A stretch of DNA of 64,000 nucleotides from the NCBI RefSeq assembly GCF_001194135.2, contig NC_069005.1, positions 16,245,894-16,309,893 on the forward strand, read 5' to 3'. The notes beneath the pieces were generated by a model. The model was not told the DNA's origin. It saw nothing but the letters and a program-made list of their open reading frames with translations, and did not search any database. Positions 11,765-25,254 of this stretch are shown one piece after another. Source of the stretch: Octopus bimaculoides. Taxonomy: Eukaryota. Each line of letters begins with the position of its first letter. The stretch's first letter is position 1. Position numbers and translations under genes: made by a program.

Positions 11765-14700
11765 TATTATTATTATTGTTATTTTCATATAGAATCAACA
11801 GTTTAGACTGTTGGAAAAGAAAAATACCCTAACATCAGGCTACAACAAGTGACCTTAGAAGCCAAGAACCCTCCTATTGAGCTACAGCAAATAACCTTAG
11901 ATGCCAAGAACCTTCCTAAGTATCCTAGCTGTCCCTAATAACACTGTTTTCTGGAGCTGTACTAAACTGGGTTTTATACCTATTTCCTCTGTCCATCTGT
12001 TCAGAACTTTAACAGTTCCTAATGCACCTATAACTACTGGAAAACATTTTACCTGCACTTTCCATAGTCTCTGTAAATCAGTAGCTTGGTCCTGGTGTTT
12101 TGTTATTTTTTTTCTATACTTCTCATATTAATGTTTTCATCATTTGGGACTGTAAAAAACCCATGTAATTTGCGTACCTGTGTTTGTTTAAAATATGCTT
12201 CTACTCATGTAAAATTTGCAGCCCAAAATTTTCAGAATTGTTGATATAGTCAGGGAAAAAAAAAATGTTTTTCAATTTAGTTGTATTTAGCATAATTTCA
12301 CTTACGATTAGATTTTATTAAATTTTCATTAGATAAAGTGTTTGTGTTATAATAAACTTTATTTTACATTTCTTGCCCATGAGATTAAGTCCGATCTTTA
12401 GCAAACTTCTGTATGTCTTCTCAAATCACCATCACATGAAAAGTTAAGAATTACCAACAAAAGCAAAGCTGTTAAATATGCACAGGTGTTGCAAATTAAG
12501 TTTAATTACCAGTAAACATCAGCTTGGATGACACTTTACTCAACTGACAGAGGAAGGAGACCGATCAAACTGATTATGTAAACAGAATTCTTTTCCACCT
12601 ATTCTTGTCGGAACCTTTGATACAGTGTATTGAAATTTTAATCCCTTTCACACTTATAAAATGTCAAGCAAACTTTAAAATTTTGTCATTACCATTATTG
12701 TCAGTATGGACAGAAATTATGAATTGTTTACTGCAAAGGAGAAATTAAATATGTTGAATATGCATTTGAACGTGGCAATAGAGCTGCTGGAAGGTATTTT
12801 AATGTTAATGAAGCCAATGTTCAAAATTAGTGCAAACAGTACGACAAACTTAAAACCGTGCCTAGTAATAAACAGACAAAAATAAAAACATACAATCAAG
12901 ATTATCCATATCATTACATATTTTTCAGTCAGGAATATCCATATCTCTATGTATTTCATGTCTTTTTTCAAGAAAAATTTCAAAAATAAATTCTGGAAAT
13001 GATCTCATGTAATTTATGCACCCATATTATTTTTGGGATAAAAAGTGTGTAAATTACATGGGTTTTTACGGTATCTGGCACTTTCTATTCTCTTTATCTA
13101 CTACTACTACCAAATCAGGTCTTCTAGCTTCTATTACTGTGTCAGTCTGAATGTTGAAATCCCACTACATCTTATATTTCTTACTTTTTAGTACTTTACT
13201 AGGTTCATATTCATACTATTTATCAGTATGTTCAAATCCTAGCTTTCTACGTAGCTCCCAGTGGATTACATTCTCTAGACTGTTGTGTCTTTTGTATTCT
13301 TTCTGTACCAGCATGCCACATTCACTTTCTATGTGAGCAACACTTTCCCCTTTTGATTTGCATAATCTACAGAGGGAATCTACTTGGTTTTTGTCTATCC
13401 TGGCTTTTATCCAAATTAGTCTTTAATACTTGATCTTGTGCAGCTTCTAACAAACTTTCTGTACCCCTCTTCAACTTTCCTTTCTGCAACCATAACCATG
13501 TCTCACTACTACTATTTGCTGCAACTGTCTTTGAGAATCTACCATGCAATGCCTTCTCCTGCCAGTTAGATAATTTCTGTTCTTTTTTCTGGTTTTTAAC
13601 TTCGTTTGGTTTTTCGTTTCGCTATGCCTTGCTGTGACTCTAGCAGCTTCTGATAAACTGTCATCACTATTACCTACATAGGTGTCTATATTTACTCTAT
13701 CTAACTCCACGCAATCTTCTACTGATAACCTTTTTCCACCTTTTCTAGGTAGGTATAATCTTGCTACTCCTGCCCTTGGGTGGAGTCCTCCATTCATATT
13801 GATTTCCTTCCTAGTTCTTCTGTCTAGCTTTTTTACTTCAGTTTTTGTCCAATCTACAAAAGCTGCTGAGTATCTAAGTAACGATAACTGCACAAGTATT
13901 TACAGCCTTCACTAGATTTGTACCAACTAGCTTTGACTTTATTAGCTTCCTCACCCTTCTGATGTACTCCTTCTCAATTTTTATTTTCATAGTTAGTACC
14001 CTGTCAGATTCTAATACTCTTAGACATTTTTTACTCTCTCCTTCTTTCAATGATTTTAATGTCTGACCATCTAGTAATTTGATGCCTTCGCTGTTGACTT
14101 CCTGTCCCCTTCTCAGGACTAATGTTGCACACTTATCTATGCCAAATTCCATGTCTATATCTTTGCTGAAGAGTCTTACAGTCTGTATTAAGGAATCTAT
14201 CTCTTTTTCATTCTTACTAAAAAGCTTCAGATCATCCATGTAAAGCAAATGGTTAATTTTTCTGAACTGATACCCTGCCTTTGCTTTCCTTAATACTAAA
14301 CTGAGGAAGATCAAACTTAAGACAAATATTAAAGAGGACAACGAGTCCCCCTGGAAAATTTCTCTTTTGATATTAACTTTCCCTAAAAGTCTGTCTCCTG
14401 AGTAAAGATCTACTTTCCATTTCTTCATGCTAAAGCTTATTAAGTCTCTTATGTTGTTTGCTATACTGAATATACTCAAACATTCACTTATCCATGAGTG
14501 TAGGATCATGTCATAGGCTTTCCTATAATCTATTCATGCTATTATTAGATTTTTCTTTCTAGCTTTTACTTCATTTAGAACTGCTTTTTTCTATGTATAA
14601 TAAATCATGCATTCCTCTAGCCTTCTTCCTGCAACCTTTCAGTTCTTCAGGCAGTAAATTCTGGTTGTCAAGGTGCTCGTAAATGCTTTCTGAAAACATT

Positions 14701-16100
14701 TCTGTTAATAGCTTCCACACTAATGGTAAGCAAGTGATTGGTGTATAATTGCTAGCTGCATTACTTTTGCTCTTATCTTTCATAAGGAGCATTGTCCTCC
14801 CTCTAGTCATCCAATCTGCTATTATTCCTCCATTAAGGCAATCCTGAAGTTGTTCCCTCAGCCTCCAATGTGAACTACTAAATTTCTTTAACCAGTACCT
14901 TTGAACTAAATCTGGTCTTGGGCCCTTTCAATTCAGCATTTTTTCCTAACACTTTACTCATTGATGCACTAGTTAATCTTAGATCTGGCTGCTTCTTACT
15001 ACTTCTTCCCTCACTTTCTTTAACCATAATGCATTTCCATTATGATTGACTGGCTTATCCCAAATATTACTCCAGAACTTTCTAGCTTCTTCTGCATTAG
15101 GTTTCTCATCTTCAGTACTTCGTTCTCCCCTATTTATTTGGTTATAAAATCTCCTCTGGTCTGTCCCAAATAATCTCTTCAGTTGATATTGATTCATTCT
15201 TTTCTGATATCTGGAGAGCTTGCCTGTTACTGCTATGATACTCTGTTTCACCGCTTCTATTACTGTCCCAAATCCTTTCTCTTTGACTAAGTATCTTTTC
15301 TCAAGAGAAGATTTGCATTTTGTGTTTCCTAACTCGTACAGTTTCCAGGCTTCTATTCTACTCAGATATTGTCTTAAAGTCTTCACTTTATTTTATTGTC
15401 TCCTTTTCCACATTTGCTCTTTTTTAATCTTTCCCTGTGAAATATCTAATCTTCTGGCGACTACTACCCCTCCAGCATAGATCAGTAAATTAGTGTCTAC
15501 TATATTTTTAGTATCCATCCTGCTGATAAAATCTACTTTCCTAGTCATTTCTAGCAGCTTTCTTCTGTTGGTGTCTTTTAATGCTGGCAATCTTTTTCTT
15601 CTTTATTCATTCCCTCCTGCAACTCATCTAAAATCTTCTGATCTTCCTCACTTAAATCGTGGGGCCAGTTGTCCCTTCCTTATTGGTAGCGCTATTATTA
15701 TTTTTTCCTTTAGCTTCTTCTTTGGTTTGAGATGCATCTCTTATGTTGTTATTTTTCTTTCCTACTGCTTGGTCTTTCTTCTCCAGTTCTCTTGTGATCT
15801 CTTCTACCTCCAATTCTGTCATCCACTTTCTTCTAATAGCATTAGCTTGATCTACTAATCTCTGCTCAGTCACTTTAAACATACCTTTCTCTCCCCAAAG
15901 TGTTAACATCCATTTTCTATAGCTCCTTCATTTAGGTTCACTTTCTAAGTAGCACTGAATCACTATCCTGTTTTCTTCACTGGTCCACTTCCTCCTACTT
16001 GCTCTGTTATCTGCTGATGATGTTTTAGGATAACAGCTGTGGTCAGTCTGCATCTTTACTGAACCACTGCTGAGCGAGAGACCTTCCTTTAATGGTCGAG
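11765..16100 (-). mobile_element. R4/Dong-clade (restriction-like endonuclease) LINE, decayed, interrupted by a MITE
   Basis: Minus frames: RRKWTSEEN, GRTMLLMKD..PITCLPLVWKLLT, FQGDSLS, INHLLYMDDLKLF, CRLC-x7-H-x4-C knuckle, RRPDLVV, PVVIGALGTV, LQKTVLLGTARILRKVLG; (AAT)n 3' tail. Confidence 0.9.
12150..13071. mobile_element. Tc1/mariner/pogo-type MITE nested in the R4/Dong LINE
   Basis: Ends CTGTAAAAAACCCATGTAATTT and AAATTACATGGGTTTTTACGG|TA; the LINE frame resumes on both sides. Confidence 0.82.
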
Positions 16101-18060
16101 CTTCATTTTCGCTGTTACAACCAAAGTTTTTTTTGGTTTTGGAAACTCCTGTCTCTCATAAACTTAGGTAAAGTAGTGTTCGTCACCATCGTCATCACCG
16201 CTATTACTTTTCGACAACTGAAAGTTTCCAGCAGCTTTCTATTGCATCATTTGTTGTACTTTTGTGCTGGTGGGCTGGTGCGTGCTGCCTTTTTTTGTGG
16301 TGGTGGTGGGGATATTGTATTGTATCAGTTTGTTTTGTTGTGGGGTTTGGTTTGAGTCTTCTGTTGTATTAGTTTTTGTATTGTGGTGTTTGTGTAGCAC
16401 AGGTTGTGTTCTTCAGTCGGGTATCAGCTTTCTATGGTACATGTGGGTTTTGTTCACATTGTTGGGTATTTACATTTTAAGTTTATTCTTGTATGCTTTT
16501 GGCGGTGGGTGGGGGGTTGCATAGTAATGTGTGTAGATCATAGATCAACTATTTCATAGTATTTATGATTATTTGCCTGCCATTCATTCATTCATTCTCT
16601 TTTTTGGTTGGCTTTGTTATGGGTTTCATTTTTTCAGTATTTACTTTTTTAACTGAACACTGCCTATGGACATGTGTTGATGTTTCTTTCATAGTTTTAA
16701 TTATTATTGATGCATTAGAGAGAGACTAACAAGTAGCAATGTGCACATATATAGATGTCTTGGGATTTAGATTTTTGCATTTGCAAAATATGCATTTTTT
16801 AAAAGGAAGTAAAAAAAAAATCAGATAAGTGACTATAATACTGTAGTCTTCCAGTCTCATTACTATGAAGGTATGATGTTGTGGAGAAAAAAATTGGAGG
16901 AAAGAGTTACAGTGGTTTAAAGATTGGAAAAACTATATTTTTAGCTAATAGCGAGACAGAGATTTTCTGTGTTTAGCAGAGCGGTGTCAACCTCAAGGTT
17001 GTACCCTGTGAAATTTATAGTTTAGCGTCTGACCTGTTCATTCTAGGTTTCTAAATAAACAGAAATACCTAATAAAATCAACATGTATCATTTTACTGTT
17101 TCTTTTGTCTCTTCATTGATTGTATGTTTTTATTTTTTTAAAATTGTTATATTAATATATTTGTCTGCATGTGTTTATTTTGTGTATTTCAGTATTATGT
17201 ATACTTGTCATGTATTTGTATACATCATTTATAAGTGCATGTAAATGTATATATTCATATATAAGTTTATATGTACATTTATGTATTCATGTGTGTGTCT
17301 GTCTTGAAAACTGAGTAATGTTTTCATGCTTGGATTTGTAAACTATGATAAGAACACTGGTCAACAAAGAATTTGTCCCAAGAAAAAGAATACCTGTATC
17401 TTATACTTTTTTTGCATGCAGAATTAAAAAATAATGTCAAATTATCTGCATCACCCACAGTTTCTCTGTTCCATGATATCTCTCTCAGTTCCTGTTACGT
17501 GGGCTAAATTTCAGTTAAGCTGTTGAAATGTGAAGCTAACGGTTTAAGAAATACTCCTAATTAAAATTTTTATGAATAGAATTAACCTAGTGTAATCATA
17601 AATCCAGCTATCTGAGTCAATGAGTGCCAGAAAAATATGTAAAAATACTAACACACAGAAAAAGCACAGAAAAATACTTACATACAGAAGCACAGAAAAA
17701 TATGTAATATACTAACACACAAAAAAATTAAAACAAAACACGCAGATGAAAAGAATCTTGTGGTGTGAAGAATCAAGTGTGAAAAATCAACATAGAACAA
17801 CATGGGGTACAGACAGTGAACCACAACACAGTGTGCAGTTGTCATGGTAACAAGCTGCTAATGCCATGTCTGTTGATTGGCTAAAATTACCCAAATTTGC
17901 TAACTTTAATTCCAAATAACATCAGATTATGTAATTTACAAGATGAAGTAATTGGTTGATCATAATCAAAATTCAGAGCTGAATTGATACACCAAAATTG
18001 AAAACAATCAGAGCAAAATTAAAAGGGGCTCATTTAGCAAATGAGAAGACTAGATCCAGG

Positions 18061-18492
18061 TCTTTAACTGGGAAGGAAAGGCTGTTTTTATATGCCTGGT
18101 GGCCATGGTGAAAGAGATTGAAGGGGCTGAAGACAGACACTTTTTTCTTTAGCCAATCCCTGACGAACTTCAAGTTTCACTTGAAAAGGAAGATAAGGGT
18201 AGAGAGGGAAGTGTTGTCTTCTAGCCAGTTTGCTGAAAAGTGGATGAAAGTGGCATGGTTTTTTATGGGGTTTTTCCCTGAGCAGCCCTCGAACATCTTC
18301 TCCCCATTGAGGATTACACATTGTTGATTTCTTTTTCTTTCTCTTTTTTCTTTCAATTTTGTTAGTCTTGTTTACATGCAAAACCCCAACAACAACACAC
18401 TCACACACATACATACTTCGTTTTGTTCTGTGCTGCTCATAATGTTTTTCTTGATGTAAATCCTTGTGGTTAATAAAGAAATCATTATTATT
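18061..18492 (+). mobile_element. 5'-truncated 3' end of an L1/Tx1-type LINE
   Basis: Colinear with 22037-22526, ending AATAAAGAAATC(ATT)n. Confidence 0.85.
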
Positions 18493-18699
18493 ATGGCCAT
18501 CAGCCTGGCAAGCCAAGCTTGACCTCACTCTGTAAATTTTATAAGGAAAAAACACATAATAGTGTATTTGCATCCTTCAAATTTATACCATTGTGGACAA
18601 GTTATTTGCTGTCGTGATGAGTTTATTTTCCTGTTTTGTCCTTGTTTTTTGGGGGGAAGTCAATTGATTTTGTTTTTCTTAATCACAGTTGTTTGCATT

Positions 18700-21600
18700 T
18701 TCCCCATCAACATGGAGAAAACACAAAACACGGTGACTCATATCTCAGAGACGGGGGGAGAGAGAGTGAGGATCGTCACAAAAAATCAATGTGAGAGAGT
18801 GCGTGCGAAGCAACTTGGGACTGGAAAAAACAACAGATAATAGTTTTTTTGTTGAAAAAATGGACAAAAAAAGCCAATGGAGCCATTTTTTGCAAGAAGG
18901 ATCTCTTAGATTTTCAGAAAAGCAAAGGCTCCATTTTTAACAAGTTTTGAAATAAGTACAACAATTTCAAAAATGTAAACAATGAGAGCCATTTCATGAG
19001 CAAAACAACGATCGAGTTCAGTACAAGTAACAACTGCAAGAACAACAACATCAGCAGCACCATCAACAACCACAATGACGACCATAAAAAAGGTGACAAC
19101 AACAACTGAAACAACAACATTAGTGTTTGTGTATGTGAAACAAGTAAAAGTATAATATTAAAACAAAATATCTTTTTTAAACCTCTTAAAATCACTGGAT
19201 TTATTAATCTCAGATTGCAGAATAAATTTGAAAAAGAAATCCACTTTCCCTTCACAATTTTTGGCGCTGAAACTTTAATAGGGTAAGTAATGCAATATCA
19301 TTTAAAAGCTTGCTGCCCTAGACTGAAGGAAAATGAGAGATGGGCACCTCTCCTCCCTACACCAACAACAGCCACCAGAACTTCAACGACAACAGCAGCA
19401 GCACCATCACCATCAGGAGATTCAGCCATGGCAACACCAATAACCATACCAACACCAAGTTTCCCCAAACACTTCTCAGCGCCCGAAGATATTTCACTTC
19501 CTGATGCAGAGCAGGTGGATATCACAGGTGGAGAGTCGGATTGCAATGAGGAGTGGAAGATGAAAACAAAGAAACGGATAAGAGACAAGATGAGCAAGCA
19601 TATGGACAAATAACTACAATCCTCATCCACTCAAGTTGAAAGAAAAAAATCCAAAACAAGAAAAATAAATACACCCAAAACAAACATTGCATCGACATCA
19701 CCACCTCTAACATCTGAAATACAAGCTGTCCTACATGCAACCACCACCACAACGATCACAACCACCACCACAAGAACAACAAACAAATTAAAGACACTAA
19801 CATTACAAACTACATGGTAATAAGTACAAAAAAAAAACAATGAATTAATGAAGTACATAATAACACACACAAACTGCCAGCACACACACAAATCATTCAA
19901 GCAACACAAAATACATACACACACTTAAAAACCCAATTCCCACAGGAAATCGGAGATTTTTGAGGGAATATCACCAAGAGAATTCTTGGTGATTCACTGT
20001 TGTGTATGGCTTTTCGCAAGCAGCGATGAGCCAGATTGCAGGATGGATTTCACGTACTACCTCGACAGGCTACCACAGCTCTTGGTGATGGAGGCAGAGC
20101 GATGCAAATGGCTGATAGCAGCCTTTGAAATACAGGAAGCAATGGCTAGCGACATGAAGGGTAAATCACCTGGTTTGGATTGTCTGCCCTATGAGCTTTA
20201 TGCTTACATGCCAGACTTGTTCAGCGACCTCTTAGCAAACGTTTACTGCAATTAGCAACAGAATGGGAGAATTCCCAGTTTTGTGAGCCAAGGAGTAGTG
20301 GCATTGCTGAGAAAAAACCTGAGCAAGGGGGATTATATTGACAACTTCAGGCCCATAACTCTGTTGAATGTAGAGTTCAAAATTTTGGCCAAAGTATTAA
20401 CTACAAGGTTGGTGCTTGTTGTCAGGGATCTGGTAGAGGAGGCACAGACATGTGCCATCCTGAAAAGATCCATTCATGGCAACCTCCACTTCATGCGATA
20501 CATCATTGAGAAAGTGGCTAAAGAACCTAGCATGGGTGGGACTCTGATCAATTTAAATCAGTGTAAAGCTTTCGGTAGGGTCAACCATTTACACCTGGTG
20601 GCAGTCCAAGAGGCAGCTGGTTTCAGGCTTGTATTCAAGGGCTGGATCACTGCAATGTACAGTGACGTCTGTTCAGTGGTCAGAGTGAATGGTCACCTCT
20701 CAGAGTCATTCAACATCGTGCACTCAGTCCAGCAAGATTGTCGCTTCTCGTCTCTCTTGTATGTACCGACTCTAGAGCCACTACTGCACAAACTTTTCTT
20801 TTTGAGGCTTTGAGAGGCATCCTGCATGACCTAGGATGTGAGAGATGCGTGTTGGCATATGCCAATGATGTCACTGTAGTGGTGTCAGATCATAAACACA
20901 TAGAAATGATTGGCATCGCTCTCAGGGACTGAGAATTAACCAGGAAAAATCAGTGGGCTTGCAGCTCGGCTCCTGGAGAAGCAAGTGCATGCTATCCAAC
21001 TGTGTCATTGGGTGCTGGATGGATGGACCAGTTAAATTGCTTGGGGTCTGGTTTGGTCTGGACCTCCAGATGGACAAAAACAGGGACGAGGTAACAAGCA
21101 GGGTGACTACTCTCACCCAGAAATGGGCTGAGAAAAAGTTATCCTGAAAGGTAGGCTGAGGTGGCTAACGCATATATCATGTCCGTTATCTATATTGCTT
21201 GACTGTCGTCCCTTGTCCTGGCCACCGTCTGATTATGCTGGAGTGCATTCTCTTCTGCTTCTTGTGGAAGGTACATGTCCCAATGGTCAGGCTGTCTATC
21301 TGCTGTCAGTACCTGCTGTGTGGTGGCCTGGGCATGCTTTGGTTGATGATGTGCAGACATGCACTAAGGCTACAAAATCTCCAGGATTGTAGTTATTTGT
21401 CCATATGCTTGTTCATCTTGTCTCTTATCCATTTCTTTGTTTTTATCTTCCACTCCTCATCGCAGTCCGACTCTCCACCTATGATGTCCACCTGCTCTGC
21501 ATCAGGAAGTGAAATATCTTCTAGACGGTGAACAGATCTGGCCGCCGTTTGTCAGACACATTTCTGCAGCTAGTTTCCTTAACAGAGCTGGAGTCCTGGG

Positions 21601-22526
21601 TAAAACAGACACCAAGGGGGAGCATTTGGAAAGTGCAATGTCTTCAAGCGTGCACAGTCCTCAGCCAATCGGACAGTGTTGTAGGTGGAATGTCCACTTT
21701 AGCCTTTTATAGAGGATTAGTGGAGGAAAAGTGCGATGTTCTTGAGGATACCTTGGGCGTCAAAGAAGCTAATTGCTCTTTTCTGGAGAACATTTGGGCC
21801 GGGATCAATGGATAATTTCCAAGATATCTCTGGCCTGGTAGTGAAACTGGAGAGCTTTGCCTGTTCGAGATAAAGCTTACAGGTACGGAGGTGCCATCAG
21901 TTGAGCATGTCTGAGATGTGCGCAGGATGATGAGATGGTCCTGCATGCACTCGTCCAGTGCCTGAGCTTTGCTGACCTCTGGGTTTATGGAGCCAGTTGT
22001 CAACTGAATCCATTGTGAAGATTGCCCCATCACCTTCCTTTAACCGGGAAGGCAAAAGCTGCTTTTATATGCCTGGTGGATGAGATTGAAGAGGCTGAAG
22101 ATGAACACTTTTCTCTTTGGCCAATCCCTGGTGAACTTCAAGTTTCACTTAAAAAAGAAAATAAGGGTAGAGACGGAAGTGTTGTCTTCTAGCCAGTTTG
22201 CTGAAAGGTGGACAAAAGAGGCCAGAATGGTATGATTGAATGGGCCTGCTCTGAACATATGCCTGTAGTTGGAAAAAAAAAAATGGCGCCTGCCCCAAAG
22301 GTCAGGGTTTTTCCATGAGCAGGCAATGAATGTCTCCTCCCTATTGATGATTACACATTGTTGATTTCTTTTTGTCTCTTTTCTTTTTTTTTAAAAAATT
22401 TTGTTAGTCTTGTTTACACACAAAACCCTCATAACATGCACACACACACACTCTTTGTTTTGTCTGCTGTCCATAATGTTTTTCTTAATGTAAACCCTTG
22501 TGGTTAATAAAGAAATCATTATTATT
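18700..22526 (+). mobile_element. L1/Tx1-clade LINE (ORF1 remnant, endonuclease apparently deleted, RT and C-terminal CCHC)
   Basis: KSPGLDCLPYELY, FRPITLLNVEFKILAKVL, AYANDVTV, PVKLLGVWFG, CLRCAQDDEMVLHALVQC; AATAAA plus (ATT)n tail; many stops. 5' boundary uncertain. Confidence 0.88.
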
Positions 22527-23045
22527 GAGTGTGTGAGCAGTGCATGCCATCAAAAAGACATTGGGGTACAAATATATGAAGCCCAATATACCCATCTGAT
22601 AAGGGTGCACCAGGCACATGCATCACAACTATATGTGCATGACATAGTGATCTCATAGCAAGATAAACAGTGCATGACCTTGAAGGTGGGGCCCAGTTAG
22701 AATTTTATCCGGGTTGAGTAACCCACCCCACTCAAAGAGTTCCTGAATAAAATGATGAACAAAATCATCCATATTTCCAAAGGTGAATTATCCAAACCCC
22801 AAAGAATTCCTCTCAAAACATGGCTATGATGCTCCCCCACTACTTCTGCTTGTGATGAGAGATGCACATATCGTCAGCCACTAAGGGACATGCCCAAATG
22901 GTCAAGCAACTGACAAGCAAATCTGTAGTATTGAGCAGAATATTTGCTGTAGCCCATCTTTTATACCAAGACAAAGCAGTGTACATGATAGCACTTCCAA
23001 TCAGTTAAGATCAGAAGCCATGAGAGCCACTGCCTGGTACTGCAT
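22527..23045 (-). mobile_element. Non-coding retroposon (family B), second copy
   Basis: Colinear with 11216-11760. Confidence 0.8.
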
Positions 23046-23058
23046 TATTATTATTATA

Positions 23059-23503
23059 GCGGTGAGCTGGCAGAATTGTTAGCATGCTGAGCAAAATGCT
23101 TAGTGGTATTTCGCACATTGCTATATTCTGAGTTCAAATTCTGCCAAGGTCAACTTTGCCTTTCATCCTTTTGGGGTTGATAAAAATAAGTTCCAGTTGA
23201 ACAGTGGGGGTCAATGTAATTGATTCATCCCCACCTTCCCAAGCTGCCCTTGTGGCAAAAATTTGAAATTATTATTATTATTATTAAGGCGGCGAGCTGG
23301 CAGAATTGTTAGCATGCTGGATGAAATGCTTAGAGGTATTTTGCTCTTTACGTTCTGGGTTCAAATTCTGCCAAGGTTGACCTTGCCTTTCATCATTTTG
23401 GGGTCGATTAAATATGTACCAGTTACACACTGAGGTTGATGTAATCGACTTAATCTCCTCCCCCAAGCTGCCCTTGTGGCAGAAATTTGAAATCATTATT
23501 ATT
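23059..23503 (+). mobile_element. Two tandem family-A SINEs separated by (TTA)n
   Basis: Heads at 23059 and 23288 (GGCGGCGAGCTGGCAGAA), B box GTTCAAATTC, (ATT)n tails. Confidence 0.88.
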
Positions 23504-24544
23504 TAGGAGTTGGTTTACTTTTCAGGTAATCTACACCAATTTGTGACTGTTTTATACAAGTGTGGTAATATGATTAGGCCATTTGAAGTGATTTTAACAA
23601 CTGTGTCATTAAAATTAAAGCAAAAGCATTGCTATTAAAAAAGTTAAACCTTGTAAATAATAAAAAATAAATATTGACGAGTTATTAAATAGATTAATAC
23701 TTTTACATATTCATTGTGCTTACTTAGGATACTCTGGTCTATTTTTGTATTTTCTGAGATTGTTATGGGTCCATGTTTAGTCCCACAGATATCTGTACAT
23801 AAAAACCTAAGCTTCCAAGCAAGGTGATCAATATTACATTTATTTTGTATGAGCACTCACCTTTGTAGATGTATTTTACAAATTTGTAAAACCAATTACA
23901 GTTCAGTCTCCCTTCTTGACTTGTTTATAAAATAATACACACAAAGTTGGTGAAGTTTTGGATCAGAGCACCCACATGAGTTGGATTTTTTCTGTTTTGA
24001 TGGGAATTCTTTCAGCATGTGTGATTTTGCTTTTTACCTCCTCTCTCTCACCACCATCCTCAAAAATATTGCGAGAATGACAAAGAAACAAGGAAGGTGG
24101 TCATGGGATGTATTAGAAACAGACAAAATCTCCCTTAAATTACTTTCTCGTATGAAAATATTTTTACAAATTTTGTTTTTTTACCCTAGTTTTTAAGTTC
24201 ATAATGCAAAAAAAAGATTAACCGCCAAAATTAGTCTGGAGGGTGGTGGCGAGGGAGAAGAGGTGAAAAAAATCATAAATTTTCCAAAATTTTTTCTTGT
24301 AAAAAGATGCCCCCTTTATTTTGAAGGCCTTAGTGAAAAAAATTGGAGAAGTCCCTGTCAAAATGGAGAAAATTCAACTTATGTAGGCACCCTGATCTGA
24401 AACTCTGCTACAAAGTTTAGTTGACATTGGTGGTTGTCTTCCAAATCTTATTTTGACGTTACAAACAACTTCAAGTCCCATAATCCTCCACTTTATATTT
24501 TTGGACTACTGGTTGTTTTCCTTTCTTTTAAATATCTCTTTCAT

Positions 24545-24980
24545 TATCATCATCTTATGTCCATTTTCCATGCTGGCATGGTTTGACATGGAGCTGGTCA
24601 GCCAGGGAACTGTCCAAACTCCAATTGTTTGTTGTGGCATGGTTCTTTCAGCTGAATGTCCTTCCTACTACAGAGTGTGCGGGGTGTGTTTATGCAGCAC
24701 CAGCATCTGTAATGGACAAGCCTGTACATATAGATGACAATGATTTTACTTAACTTGCCGTGTCTTCTCAAGTACAGCAAATTGCCACAACTCCCGCTCC
24801 CTTGTCATTTCCTCAGTGAGGCCCAGTGTTCGAAGATCCTTTTGCAGCACTTCATCTCATGTCTTCCTGAGTCTGAACCCCTCAAATAACCTGCCAATGA
24901 AGGACCTCTGCCGGTGTGACAGATGTGTTAGATTTACAGAATATCTTTGTCAATGCAACTTTCTATCCAGCATCAAATAA
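24545..24980 (-). mobile_element. RTE-clade LINE 3' fragment
   Basis: Minus strand degraded KT.DEVLQKDLRTLGLTEEMTR...AVLEKTRQVK*, then the CCATGCCAGCATGGAAA..(GAT)n tail. Confidence 0.75.
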
Positions 24981-25083
24981 ATAAAATCTATTACATATAG
25001 TACATGCTTTCATTTCTCCTGTTTGTATAGCCATATATGTGTGCATTGGGTAATTATATTAAGATTTTCAATTTCTCTTTCAG

Positions 25084-25254
25084 ATTATGCTCCTGGTTTA
25101 GAGAATCTTGGAAATACATGTTTCCTTAATGCTGTTCTGCAAGCTTTGGCGCCATGCCAAAGTATTCTTGATTGGCTTAGTAAAATTCTGCTTCGAAAAC
25201 ACATGAACAAGACAGAAAACTATCTTGCTTATACAATGTTGAAGACACTCAAAG
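25084..25254 (+). CDS. USP30: USP30 exon 2 (Cys box)
   Basis: TTTCAG acceptor; DYAPGLENLGNTCFLNAVLQAL with catalytic Cys codon at 25119-25121; donor G|GTAATC; phase 1/1. Confidence 0.95.
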
